From the NCBI GenBank assembly GCA_027015275.1, contig JALWCU010000163.1:1-40964 (forward strand): a stretch of 40,964 bases of DNA, given 5' to 3'. The position numbers and the translations under genes were made by a program. Shown here in pieces: positions 26,409-36,383 of this stretch. This DNA is from Bacteroidales bacterium (GTDB taxonomy: Bacteria; Bacteroidota; Bacteroidia; Bacteroidales; S143-33). The notes beneath the pieces were generated by a model. That model was given only the letters and a program-made list of their open reading frames with translations, was not told the origin of the DNA and did not search any database. Position 1 is the first letter of the stretch, and the number at the start of each line of letters is the position of its first letter.

Positions 26409-28757
26409 ATGAATCCGACTTATGCAATAGCTTTATATTTGAGCATTTTTAGTTTAATATTCATTCTTTTGCTTTTGCTCAATATTTTCAAAGTAAACAA
26501 GGGACTGAGTGAGCTTAGCAGAACAGTAGATGGTCTGAAGAAAGCACTAACGAAAGTAGAGAGGGCAGAGAAAGAGGTTGTTAACACTGTAGTATCCAGA
26601 GATAGGGCACGTGAAATTTTTAGGGAAGAAGGTATAATAGACTTGAAGCATGTTCGCCGCACCGATAGGAGGGCAAGAGCAAAGGAGCGGAACAAGCGAA
26701 TGAATTTGTTCCTGGAAAAGGCGGAGCAGTTCGTAGGGCAGAATTTACTGGATAAGTTGGGTATTATTTCTTTCTTAGTAGGATTGATTCTGCTTGTCGG
26801 AGTTGGTTTGGAGTATAATTGGATAAATTCCATTGGAAGGGTATTTCTGGGGCTGGTCAGTGCTGGTATATTGTTGGCAGTAGGTTATTTGTTCCGCCGT
26901 CGTTTTGCTGTTTTTAGTTCAGTGCTGATAGGTGGTGGGCTGGCATCGCTGGTGCTAACACTTTTTGCAGCGTTTTATGTTTATTCTTTATTGTCTTTGC
27001 CTGTAACTTATGCGCTTGTTACTTTGGTATTGGTAGTAGCGATTGGTTTGTCGGTGATAATGGGTAGGAGCGAGATAGCAGTTTTGACATTTGCAGCAGG
27101 TTTTATAGCGCCTTTGACAGTTAGTTTGTCCAGTGGTGATTATTGGGTAATATTTACATTTGTATTGCTTCTGGATTTGGGTGTGATTTTGTATGATTAT
27201 TTTCGCAAGTCGTTGCTTATCAATGTAGTATCTTTTGCTTTTACGTATTTGATTTATGCTGTATGGTTAATAGATAAGTATTGGTTTCACAAGGAAGAGG
27301 TTCCTTTCTGGAGCTCAATGATGTTTTTGACTGTTTTTTATTTGATGATATTTGCAATTGTGTTGATTAATAATGTGAGAAAGAACCGTAAGTTCCTTCC
27401 TATAGAATTTTCTATGATATTGTCTGCCAATGCGTTGTATTATACGGCGGGGTATATAATTATAGTCAGAACGGGTGTAGATTATAAGGGTATTTTTACT
27501 TTGTGGATATCGCTTGTTAATTATGGTTTTTTCCTGTGGTTGTATCCGCGGAGGAATTTTGATCGAAGGATTTTGAATTTATTTCTTGGGTTGTCCATAA
27601 TGTTTATTGCGCTGGTGGTGCCGGTTGAGTATATGGGTAAGTCGCCCACACTGGTGTGGGCTTTGCAAGCAGTGGTATTGATGTTTGTAGGTATCAGGGC
27701 TGATGTGGCTGGCATGAAATTGGGTTCTATTGAGTTGACTTTGTTGATGTTGGCAAGTTTGGGTTTTGACCTTTATGATCAGTATTTGAATGTTTTTAGA
27801 GATATGGAGGCAATAACTCCTATTTTCAATCGTGGTTTTCTCAGTTCGATGTTGGCTGTGTTATCGTTGTTGACAAATGCTTTTTTGCTCAGATATGAGA
27901 AGCATGATTATTTTGGATTTAAGTTTATCAAGAAAAAACTGTATCAAATAGGTTTGGTGCTATCGGCGGCATTGGCTTTTTACATAGCTTTCCGTTTTGA
28001 GTTGCGTTCTCTTGCCACACAGGTTTATGAAGATAATTTGGTTGTAGATGTTATATTGAGTTTATTGAATTATGGGCTCTTGATGTTGTTGGCTCTGCCT
28101 GCATTTTTTTTACGCAGGAAGCCAATGATGATAATGTCTATGGTAGCATTTGTTTTAGCGTATTTACTATATTTGACAGATTATGCTTTTTCGTGGGCTG
28201 ATTTGAGGAATGCTTTTTTGGTTTCACCTTTTATAACAGTGAAGGAATATAATTTTCATTATTATTCCGCATTGATGTTGTTGGTGATAAGTATAAGTGC
28301 GCTTTCCAGTCTCAGACATGCCAAGACCAAGCATCCGGTAATAGATAATATTCTGAGTTTATTGATGATAGGTTTAGTTTTGGTGTTTTTGAGCAATGAG
28401 TTGGGCAATATTGTGGTTGTGATAAAATATAGACCTAACGTATTGATACGTAGTATATTGCAGAAGGTTTTTAGCATGTATTATACAATGCTTTGGTCTG
28501 CGTTTGCACTTGTACTTTTATTTATTGGTTTTGTAGCGCGGACAAATGAGGTAAGGATAGGTGCATTTGTACTGATGGGTTTGACGATAATCAAAGTGTT
28601 GGTATATGATTATTTCAAGCTTCGTTCGGATGAGCTGATGATAGATTTTATATGGCTTGGATTTGTTTTGCTAATGGGATCGATAATTTTTCAAGTTTTT
28701 TCGGGCGCTAAAGGCAAAGGGAAGCAGCAAGTCTATAAGCCGGATTCTGTCAAATAG
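26409..28757 (+). CDS. DUF2339-like polytopic membrane protein
   Basis: ATG start. An N-terminal TM helix and coiled-coil segment are followed by roughly 20 hydrophobic helices over 782 aa, the typical DUF2339 architecture. Confidence 0.8.
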   Translation: MNPTYAIALYLSIFSLIFILLLLLNIFKVNKGLSELSRTVDGLKKALTKVERAEKEVVNTVVSRDRAREIFREEGIIDLKHVRRTDRRARAKERNKRMNLFLEKAEQFVGQNLLDKLGIISFLVGLILLVGVGLEYNWINSIGRVFLGLVSAGILLAVGYLFRRRFAVFSSVLIGGGLASLVLTLFAAFYVYSLLSLPVTYALVTLVLVVAIGLSVIMGRSEIAVLTFAAGFIAPLTVSLSSGDYWVIFTFVLLLDLGVILYDYFRKSLLINVVSFAFTYLIYAVWLIDKYWFHKEEVPFWSSMMFLTVFYLMIFAIVLINNVRKNRKFLPIEFSMILSANALYYTAGYIIIVRTGVDYKGIFTLWISLVNYGFFLWLYPRRNFDRRILNLFLGLSIMFIALVVPVEYMGKSPTLVWALQAVVLMFVGIRADVAGMKLGSIELTLLMLASLGFDLYDQYLNVFRDMEAITPIFNRGFLSSMLAVLSLLTNAFLLRYEKHDYFGFKFIKKKLYQIGLVLSAALAFYIAFRFELRSLATQVYEDNLVVDVILSLLNYGLLMLLALPAFFLRRKPMMIMSMVAFVLAYLLYLTDYAFSWADLRNAFLVSPFITVKEYNFHYYSALMLLVISISALSSLRHAKTKHPVIDNILSLLMIGLVLVFLSNELGNIVVVIKYRPNVLIRSILQKVFSMYYTMLWSAFALVLLFIGFVARTNEVRIGAFVLMGLTIIKVLVYDYFKLRSDELMIDFIWLGFVLLMGSIIFQVFSGAKGKGKQQVYKPDSVK

Positions 28758-29116
28758 CGTTGAAGGCTATTTGCCCTATCATTTGTCTAGTGCGGTCAAC
28801 CCCCCGGCATCGGGCGGGCCACCCTTACTTAATTAGAAGTTGCCGGTATATTTGACCTTGCAGCCTGTTGGATGCACAGCCACTATAGTCGTCTATAGTG
28901 CTGGTGGGCTCTTACCCCGCCTTTTCACCCTTACTGCCACAGAGGCAGCGGTTATTTTCTGTTGCATTGCCATAGCCTCACGGCTATCTGCCCTTTCGGC
29001 AGAACAGTGCCCTGTGCTGTCCGGACTTTCCTCCACATAGCCTAGAGAGAAAATAGTTTTTAATCATTAAGATCAAGCTTCCCTCCTGGCCTGTGGCGAT
29101 AGGGCGACCTGCTGCT
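28723..29116 (-). ncRNA. rnpB: RNase P RNA, bacterial type A
   Basis: All five conserved regions are readable on the minus strand: GGAGGAAAGUCCGGAC (complement of 29019-29034), AAGGGUGAAAAGG, GGUAAGAGCCCACC, CUAGACAAAUGAUAGG and ACAGAAUCCGGCUUAU (complement of about 28735-28750). An 11-bp P1 helix pairs AGCAGCAGGUC (29116-29106) with GACUUGCUGCU (28733-28723). The region is locally GC-rich. Ends are accurate to about 5 nt. Confidence 0.92.
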
Positions 29117-29188
29117 AAATTTGTTAATAATGCCTTTCTTTTTTAGTTGCTCAAAGTTATAACAAATATAAGTAAAAATCAAATGGGC

Positions 29189-31378
29189 TTAGAACGAGGC
29201 TTTTAGTCCAACAAGAAATGCAAAGATTTTTTGAGGTGAAGGGCCCTCAGAGCCGTCAGCCAGATTAAAGTAACGGGTGCTGAGTAGATTCATGATTTTG
29301 TATGAGAACCAAAGATTTAGTTGTTTTTGTTCGAAGACAAGTGCATTTCCAGTTGCATACATCACAAAGTAGGAAGGGCTATGAAGGTTTGGTGCTAGGA
29401 ATGAAGAGCTTCGGTATTGACCGCCGAAGAGTATATTTATGTTGTCTTGATAAGAAATATTCAGTTTAGTTTTGACAGAGTGTCTGGGGCTAAATTGCAA
29501 AGGCTGATTACTGATATACCCGTCTATGTATGTGTAACTCAGTGAGAATTCGGCATTAAGGAATGAAATTTTGAATTTATCTGCAAAGGAAAAAGTAGCG
29601 CCATAGGCTTTCCCAAATCCAGTATTTTTCATTATCCATGCTTGGTCAACGTGGATGCCATGGAATGTTGTGTCAGATACAGTATAACGTTCGATAAGGT
29701 TGTATAAAGGGCTATAGAAAGCATTAATTTTAATGAATAGATTATCATTTATGAAGTTAGTAAATGAGAGTTCATAAGAACTTTTGTACTGTGGTCTAAG
29801 GTTAGGGCTTGTAAGATGCCAGAAGGGGCTGGTAAGCCCAATTATTCTTCCCAAGCTATCGCGGACGGACAGGAAAGAGCCGAAATGTTGGTATTCGATG
29901 TGTGCAGAGGGAGCCAAGAATGATTTGCCGTATATGAATTTTATGGACCAATAACTGGATGGTGTGAAGACAATTGAGACGCGAGGCAGGAAGACGTGTC
30001 CATATCGGCTATTATATCCGTATCTGATTCCTGCTATAATATAAAGTTTATGGTTAAAGTTGTTAGTTATTTGAGCGTAAGTACTGAGATTGTAATATTT
30101 GATTCTATAAAAATCTTGGTAAATTGTTAGATTTCTGCCCGATGTATCTTGGACATTAGTGCCAAAATAGTAAATATTTTGTAGATTGTAAGGTTTTGAC
30201 TCGTCGTAGGGGATTGGCAGGTCGCCAGTTTTGGGAATTATATCGTACATGTCAACGGTAGTTCCGAAATTGATTAATGATTTTTTGATACCAGAAAATT
30301 GGAAGTTTTCTTCCCAGTGTATATTTTTGGCATTTTCGTATTTGTATGCAATATTAAAATCAGTATATCTATTGACAAAAGCAGAGGTTGGTAATATTTT
30401 AAAAACCTGGAAATTAAGTAATGAATTGGTTTGTATGTTATTGCGCCTGTTTTTGTGGGTGTTTTTGAGGTAGAAATTTGATAAATTTGTATTATAATGG
30501 GCTTGTTTGCAATAAATTGAGTACTCTGGTCTTCCTGCCAGAGACGAAGAGTGTGATTCGTAGAAGCTCATGTAGCCCAGTTCCCAATTTTTATAGAAGA
30601 TTTTGGCTCTGAGATTTGCTGCTTTTGTGTGCATATCCCACGGTTTTATTCCAATGGGTGAGGAAATAGTATCGCCGAAATGTATTACCTTTCCAGTCCT
30701 TTGATAGGTATAATACCAGTGGTAAATGTCGAGGTAGTAATTTGGCATGAAGGGCTCGTCGGAGTAATAATATTTTCCTGTCAGGCTAATGCCAATGTTT
30801 TTTATTTTGTAATTGGCTGATATGGTTGAGCTTGTGGTGTTAAAATTACCTCTGTAAATATTGGCATTTAGGCCAGTCATTTCGCCAGGTTTATAGGTTA
30901 TTATGTTTACAATAGCTGTGAAAGCGTCAGAGCCGTATAGAGCTGAGGAAGGGTTTAGGATTATTTCGACTTGCTTGACGTTAGCCAGGCTATAACTTTC
31001 GGCAATGGTTATATCTGTGCCAGCAGCAGAGTTAATTCTTACGCCGTCCATTAGAATCAGGAATTTTTCGTTGCCGGATATGCCATTGATGGTGTAAATG
31101 TCATTATCTTCGTCTGATGACTGGTGCTGGATGATGATTTGTGGTATATCGTCGAGTAGGTCCCTGAGGCATGTATAGTTATTTTGTTTTATTTGCTGTG
31201 CAGTGATAGTAATAATATTGCTGGGTGCTGTAAGTATTGTTGTTATGTTTCGTCCTGGAGTGGATATTTTTATTCTGGACAGGTCTATTAGCGAGAGGTT
31301 GTAGAAGCTGGTGTCAACTTGCGAGAAAGCCGCTGTGTATATTAGAAGATTTAGTAGAAAGAATGCGAGTTTCTTCAT
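29189..31378 (-). CDS. TonB-dependent receptor
   Basis: ATG start and signal peptide (MKKLAFFLLNLLIYTAAFSQ). Plug-domain pattern (ITAQQIKQNNYTCLRDLLDDIPQ...LILMDGVRIN...VKQVEIILNPSSALYGSDAFTAIVNIITYKP). A long beta-rich barrel ends in an aromatic residue (GLKASF). Confidence 0.88.
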   Translation of the reverse strand: MKKLAFFLLNLLIYTAAFSQVDTSFYNLSLIDLSRIKISTPGRNITTILTAPSNIITITAQQIKQNNYTCLRDLLDDIPQIIIQHQSSDEDNDIYTINGISGNEKFLILMDGVRINSAAGTDITIAESYSLANVKQVEIILNPSSALYGSDAFTAIVNIITYKPGEMTGLNANIYRGNFNTTSSTISANYKIKNIGISLTGKYYYSDEPFMPNYYLDIYHWYYTYQRTGKVIHFGDTISSPIGIKPWDMHTKAANLRAKIFYKNWELGYMSFYESHSSSLAGRPEYSIYCKQAHYNTNLSNFYLKNTHKNRRNNIQTNSLLNFQVFKILPTSAFVNRYTDFNIAYKYENAKNIHWEENFQFSGIKKSLINFGTTVDMYDIIPKTGDLPIPYDESKPYNLQNIYYFGTNVQDTSGRNLTIYQDFYRIKYYNLSTYAQITNNFNHKLYIIAGIRYGYNSRYGHVFLPRVSIVFTPSSYWSIKFIYGKSFLAPSAHIEYQHFGSFLSVRDSLGRIIGLTSPFWHLTSPNLRPQYKSSYELSFTNFINDNLFIKINAFYSPLYNLIERYTVSDTTFHGIHVDQAWIMKNTGFGKAYGATFSFADKFKISFLNAEFSLSYTYIDGYISNQPLQFSPRHSVKTKLNISYQDNINILFGGQYRSSSFLAPNLHSPSYFVMYATGNALVFEQKQLNLWFSYKIMNLLSTRYFNLADGSEGPSPQKIFAFLVGLKASF

Positions 31379-31498
31379 GACAGAATTTTTTATGAAAATA
31401 TAAAAAATATTTATGACTTTTTACAAAAAGTAAGATAAAATTTATATGAAATTATGTGTTTGAGACTGGGACATACTGGAAATAAGCAGCAGATTATT

Positions 31499-34264
31499 TT
31501 ACTGATTAGAGGTGTGTGGTATGAGTTTTTTTAGTCTTTTTTTGAGTTTTTTGTATTTAGAAGTTGTGGAGTGTATTTTTGATTTTGCCTGTTTTTTTCT
31601 GAGTTTTCGTGTTTGTGTGGCTTGCTTTAGGAGTTGCCTTCGCATTCTTCTGGCGTTTCTGATGACCTTTCGGGCTTTTCGGTGAGCTTGTGGTGTGTTT
31701 TGTTGCATGAGTTCGTGAGCAATTTCTCTGGCTTTTCGCATAATCATTCTGGCACGTTTGCGAGTTTGTTTTATCAGAATTTTAGTTTCGTTAGCGGCTT
31801 GTTTTTTCTGCTGTTTTTGGACGACTCTGGCTGCACGCAGGGAGTCTGCGAGAGCTTTGGTCTGGATTGATTGATTTGATAGGTTTGCCACGGATGTCCG
31901 GGTGAGTATATTGGCAGAGATACGCATTTTGGGGTCAGAAGCTTTGCCGAGCACTGTTAGATAGACGAATGCATGGTCTTCGCCTGTAAGTGTCTTGTGT
32001 AGGACACGGAGAATTTCTTGTCGGCTCATCTGTATTCCAAAGGTGAAATTTATTAGCTGGGAATAGACAGAGTAATAACCTTCGAGGATGGCTGGATGCT
32101 CTGAGACAGTGAACTTGGAGCGTGGTATTATCACACTATTGTTTTGGTAGCGGAAATATAAGTCAAGATTTGTTAGGTAAGGTGCATTTAATTGTGGAAT
32201 CTTCAGAATTTTAGCTGTTTTGTTAGTGTATTCATTCTCAGGTAGTTGTAGTCTTGATGATAGTATTTTCCCAGTGATGTAAAGATTTTGTAGATTGGGC
32301 TTAGAGCTATGGTATATGAGGCTTCCAGACATGCCCAGATCAAAAGTGCCTTGTGTGCTCGAGAGGAAATTTTTTACAGTGTCGTTTAAGTCAAGAAAAC
32401 TAGTCAGACTCGGTATTTCTATGCCAGTAATATCTGTAGCAAAGTTGATGAAAAGATTTTTATTTATAGGACTTATGTTAGAGGTAAGAGAAATTAGAGT
32501 ATTGCCAAAGTTTACTTGGAGTGATTTTATCCACAGGGAATCTGGATATGTTGAAATAATTGTATGTAAGTTGTTGAATGTCAGTTTGCCATAAGTTATT
32601 GTGTCTATTGATAGATGAATGTCTGCTAATATGTTTTTGTTCAAAGGAATGGGTAAAAGAGAGTGGTGTGTACTGGAGTCGGCGGAAAAGCTGTTTAGGT
32701 CAATAGAATTAATATTTGCTTGGGCTTTTATGGATAAGGGCTGGCTTGAATGGAATTTTTTGGGTAGAAGAAAGGGAATGTAATTTTTTACTAAGACTTT
32801 ACTCGAAAATTGTGTGCTATCCAGACAAGCATTTTGAGTTGTGATAAATATTTGTTTGTTAGAGATATAGCTGCCGATATAGGGTGTATGGAAACGATAT
32901 TTTTCTGAATTTAAGGTAAAGTTTTGGATAATTGCAAAGCCTGATACTGCTAAAGTGTTGATAGAGTCTATGTTAGTTTTATTGAGATAACCAGAGAGCG
33001 CTACGTGAGTGTTGAGCAGACCCTGGAGCTTGTAATTATTGATTTTAAATAAAGGTGTAATTTTATCCAGGTCTATTTTGGCATTTAACAGACCAGAGAG
33101 GAAAATTTTGTCTTTAGTGTCGTTTATTTTGAAGCGGGATAGATGAAAGTAATTTTGCAGGATATTGAAATTGGCATAATTAACATAGAATTTGAGATTG
33201 TGCGATAATTCTAATACTGCCAGAAGATTAATATTGCTGATTTCTTCTTTTATGTGTGGGATTTGAGCATAGCCATTGATTATGTTTATTTTTGCGTGCA
33301 GTCTGGAAGTATCCTTAGCAGGGGAGCGCTGGCTCATGTATGTTAGATTGATTTTGTATGTTCCTTGAGCATTAATTTTTGACAGGTCAGTAGAGCTAAA
33401 GACATTTATTACTGACAGAAGGTCGCGGAAGTTTTTTGTAAGTGCCTTTATCTTGAGTAGATAAAAATGGTAATGGTTTGTTGAATCACAAAGATTGGAG
33501 TTTTTGAATATGCCATTTGCGCTGAATTTCAGTTGATTGATAGAAAATTTACCATTAAAGTAATAATTATCCTGGCATGAGGGGAAAATGTTTTTGTAGT
33601 CAGATTCTATACTGAGGTCCACGTTGCGCAGTAGGTAATTTTTTTTGCTTTTGATATAGGAGTTTTCGAAAATGGCGGAAAGGAAAAACTCGGCACTCTG
33701 TCCGCTCATCTTGAGATTGACGAAATTTGCTGTAGCATTGTCAGAGCCAACGAATACATTGCTTTCATAGTCCAGGTATTGGGCTTTCCCGCGAAAAATG
33801 TTTAGATTCTTAACCAGGATATAGAAAGGCGAGGCTGTTGTGGTAATATCTTCTTTTGTTGGGAAAAAATAATAATTAGCTATTCCGTCTGGGTTTACCA
33901 GGAGGTTCAAGCGTGGCTGTGTGGCATCTATTTCTTTGATAGTGATTTGTTGTGGTCTGTCAGAGAAATGTTCTACGTCTATAGTAAATTCAATATCAGG
34001 TACATACAGCAGTGTATCGTCGGCAAAATCACCTTTGCCTGTGATGGTCAAGTTGTAGAAATGTATTTGTGCATTGGGAAAGTCCTGGAGCAGGGTTATA
34101 TTTGATTTATCAAAGTCAATCTTGACCAGTAGATTACGGTTGGCATAGTGGATAGCTTGGCGGAGGATAAAGTTTCTCAAAAGGCTGGCAGCCAGCAGAA
34201 TTATTATAATCAGTGTGCTCAGAATCAGAATAAAAATGCTTAAGTATTTTTCCCATTTTTTCAT
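31499..34264 (-). CDS. AsmA-like envelope protein with an N-terminal anchor and a C-terminal polybasic helical tail
   Basis: ATG start and a single N-terminal TM helix (YLSIFILILSTLIIIILLAASLL). This is followed by ~750 aa of Asn/Ser/Ile-rich beta-type sequence, as in the AsmA/TamB family. The last ~130 aa are Lys/Arg/Gln-rich (RKRARMIMRKAREIAHE...HRKARKVIRNARRMRRQLLKQ...KKLKKRLKKL). Family assignment rests on architecture only. Confidence 0.65.
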   Translation of the reverse strand: MKKWEKYLSIFILILSTLIIIILLAASLLRNFILRQAIHYANRNLLVKIDFDKSNITLLQDFPNAQIHFYNLTITGKGDFADDTLLYVPDIEFTIDVEHFSDRPQQITIKEIDATQPRLNLLVNPDGIANYYFFPTKEDITTTASPFYILVKNLNIFRGKAQYLDYESNVFVGSDNATANFVNLKMSGQSAEFFLSAIFENSYIKSKKNYLLRNVDLSIESDYKNIFPSCQDNYYFNGKFSINQLKFSANGIFKNSNLCDSTNHYHFYLLKIKALTKNFRDLLSVINVFSSTDLSKINAQGTYKINLTYMSQRSPAKDTSRLHAKINIINGYAQIPHIKEEISNINLLAVLELSHNLKFYVNYANFNILQNYFHLSRFKINDTKDKIFLSGLLNAKIDLDKITPLFKINNYKLQGLLNTHVALSGYLNKTNIDSINTLAVSGFAIIQNFTLNSEKYRFHTPYIGSYISNKQIFITTQNACLDSTQFSSKVLVKNYIPFLLPKKFHSSQPLSIKAQANINSIDLNSFSADSSTHHSLLPIPLNKNILADIHLSIDTITYGKLTFNNLHTIISTYPDSLWIKSLQVNFGNTLISLTSNISPINKNLFINFATDITGIEIPSLTSFLDLNDTVKNFLSSTQGTFDLGMSGSLIYHSSKPNLQNLYITGKILSSRLQLPENEYTNKTAKILKIPQLNAPYLTNLDLYFRYQNNSVIIPRSKFTVSEHPAILEGYYSVYSQLINFTFGIQMSRQEILRVLHKTLTGEDHAFVYLTVLGKASDPKMRISANILTRTSVANLSNQSIQTKALADSLRAARVVQKQQKKQAANETKILIKQTRKRARMIMRKAREIAHELMQQNTPQAHRKARKVIRNARRMRRQLLKQATQTRKLRKKQAKSKIHSTTSKYKKLKKRLKKLIPHTSNQ

Positions 34265-34292
34265 TCAGCTCAGCTTTGCTAAGGTCTTGGAT

Positions 34293-36383
34293 TTATAAGT
34301 TTCCGAAATATTTTCGAAGTACCCATTCAGCAGTTAGGCTCACAAGCACCAAAATAAGGAAAATATAATATTTAATGCCTTGCCTTGTCTGCGTTTGTGT
34401 TATTATTAGTTTTGGTAGCTGGTTATTATTTAATAGTTCTGTCTCAAGTTGTTTTGTCTGGTCTGCAAAAAAGAATTGTCCGCCGGACTGTGATGCTATT
34501 TTTTTTAATAATTGTGTGTTTGCTCTAAGGTCAATGGCTTCCATGTTTACTTTTCTGACTGCAAAGCTGCCTGTAGCTATGAAATTTTCCTTGCCCAGTG
34601 AGCAAGTTGCTGTGTAGTGGTAAATTCCTTCTCTGAGTTTGCCTATATCCAGTGTGTAATAGTCGGTGGACTTTTCGAACACATAATTGAGAATATTGCC
34701 AGAGCTATCACTAATGGTTAATTTAACGTCTGGCTCTGTTATGGGTGCGTAGGTTTTGTCGTATAGCTGTGCGCTAAAGATAACTTCCTGGTTTTGGTCA
34801 ATAACGGGTCTGACTTTGACATCGAAGCGTTTGTGTCGGCTATTGGTCATGAGAAATTGTACTATCTGCGAGATGAGCTTGTCTGTTTGATAAAAAGATT
34901 TTGTGTTTCTAAATTCTGTTATACGCCAGCGCCAAATGCCTTCGCCGCAGATGATGCCGAGCTTGTTGTTGTTAAGCGGACTTGCAGGAATGAAGATTAT
35001 TAGAGGTTTGTTTGTTATGATGCCGTTGACCTTCTGCCAGAGCATAACATATTGTTTGTCAATGTTTTGATAGTCTAAATATGGTACAATCAAAGGCGGG
35101 AGACTGTTAAGAGTGTTCTGTAATCCTTTGTCCAGCAGAAATACATAAAAGTCTTTGTTGACACTTGCTTGTGCCTGGTCCATGCTGCCGACAATAGGAT
35201 TGAATTCCAGCCCTGTTCCGAGGTTTTGTAGTTTTATAGGGTCTGTCTTGGAGCCCAGTATTATTAACACGGGTTTGCCAGATGCTTGTAGTTGTTTCTT
35301 GAGCGCTGTGGTATTGGTCTTGGAATCAGGGAGTTGGTATAAAATTATAAGAGCATAATCCTTCAGGTTTCCCTTGAATTTGTTGACCAGTGAGAAGTCT
35401 ATTTTGTATGTTGGTATGGCTTGTAAGCTTCTTCGGAGTGTGGCAATGTCTGGGTGCGGAAATCTGGAGAGAATGAGTATTTTTTGTCGTGAGTCAATGA
35501 CTTCGATTACTGTTGTGCGGGTGTTGTTAAGTGTATTTCTTTCGTTTCTTAGCCTGGATATACTCACGGTCAGCAGTTTCTTGCCTGGCGAGGGAGAGCG
35601 GAGAATAAAATTTACTTTTTTCCTGAAATAGTCTTTGTTTATTGTTATGATTTTCTTAGCCACTAAGCGTCCGTTTAGCCTGACCGTGATGCTAGCCTTT
35701 TTGCCTGCTGCGTGGAGAGCATTTATCTCTGCCTGCAATGGGAATTTTTCGTGCAGAAAGACAATGCTATTTGTCCGTAGGTTATTAATTTTTATATCTG
35801 CATATTCTGTAGTGTCGCCCAGTGCAAGGGCAAAGATAGGTACCTGAGATTGACTTGCCTGAAATTCTGGGTCAAAGCCTTGATTGTATATACCATCGCT
35901 GGCAAGTATGATTGCACCGAGGTTTTGATTGAGGAAACGTTGGTTAATGTCGTATATTGCCTGCGAGATATTAGTGTAATTGCCAGAGAAATCAATCTTG
36001 TGGTTCTGCCTGAGACTGTCTGAAAAAGTGAATAGACGAACATCAAATTTTTGCTTCAGATTTTTTATCAAAGAATTCAAATGTCTAAGGTAATCGGTGA
36101 TATACAGAGAGTCTGTTGCCAGAGGAATAGACCTTGTGTTGTCCTGCAGCAGTACGATAATGGGCTTTTGTTTTATTTTTAATGTGCTTTTAATAAGTGG
36201 GTTGGCAAGTAGCAGGAACAGCAAAAAAATAGCTACAAAGCGCAGCGTAGCCATGAGATAAATCCATAGCCTGGAAATGTGATAAAATTTTTTGTCTTTG
36301 TAATAATAGAAAAAGGCTACAGCTGCGCTGATTATCAGACCAATGAGTATTAATAAAGGTTTTTCTATGTGAATACTTGTCAT
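34293..36383 (-). CDS. Bat-like membrane protein: BatA_N-type double TM N-terminus, vWA-like domain with atypical MIDAS, large extension and a C-terminal TM helix
   Basis: The ATG overlaps the muramidase stop (ATGA at 36380-36383). The N-terminus has TM1 (PLLILIGLIISAAVAFFYYYKDKK) and TM2 ending LLLANPL, then IIVLLQDNTRS. This parallels BatA (ARPR...IVLAVDISPS) and BatB (ARPQ...IVLVVDVSNS) in the same window. ILASDGIYNQG and VPIFALALGDT match vWA strands. A GEGIWRWR motif and a C-terminal TM helix (YYIFLILVLVSLTAEWVL) are present. Confidence 0.65.
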   Translation of the reverse strand: MTSIHIEKPLLILIGLIISAAVAFFYYYKDKKFYHISRLWIYLMATLRFVAIFLLFLLLANPLIKSTLKIKQKPIIVLLQDNTRSIPLATDSLYITDYLRHLNSLIKNLKQKFDVRLFTFSDSLRQNHKIDFSGNYTNISQAIYDINQRFLNQNLGAIILASDGIYNQGFDPEFQASQSQVPIFALALGDTTEYADIKINNLRTNSIVFLHEKFPLQAEINALHAAGKKASITVRLNGRLVAKKIITINKDYFRKKVNFILRSPSPGKKLLTVSISRLRNERNTLNNTRTTVIEVIDSRQKILILSRFPHPDIATLRRSLQAIPTYKIDFSLVNKFKGNLKDYALIILYQLPDSKTNTTALKKQLQASGKPVLIILGSKTDPIKLQNLGTGLEFNPIVGSMDQAQASVNKDFYVFLLDKGLQNTLNSLPPLIVPYLDYQNIDKQYVMLWQKVNGIITNKPLIIFIPASPLNNNKLGIICGEGIWRWRITEFRNTKSFYQTDKLISQIVQFLMTNSRHKRFDVKVRPVIDQNQEVIFSAQLYDKTYAPITEPDVKLTISDSSGNILNYVFEKSTDYYTLDIGKLREGIYHYTATCSLGKENFIATGSFAVRKVNMEAIDLRANTQLLKKIASQSGGQFFFADQTKQLETELLNNNQLPKLIITQTQTRQGIKYYIFLILVLVSLTAEWVLRKYFGNL

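Noticed and set aside
28840-29040. 66-aa plus-strand ORF in the GC-rich stretch after the DUF2339 gene.
   Set aside because: It lies wholly within the RNase P RNA gene on the opposite strand. The local GC-richness of the RNA explains the open frame.
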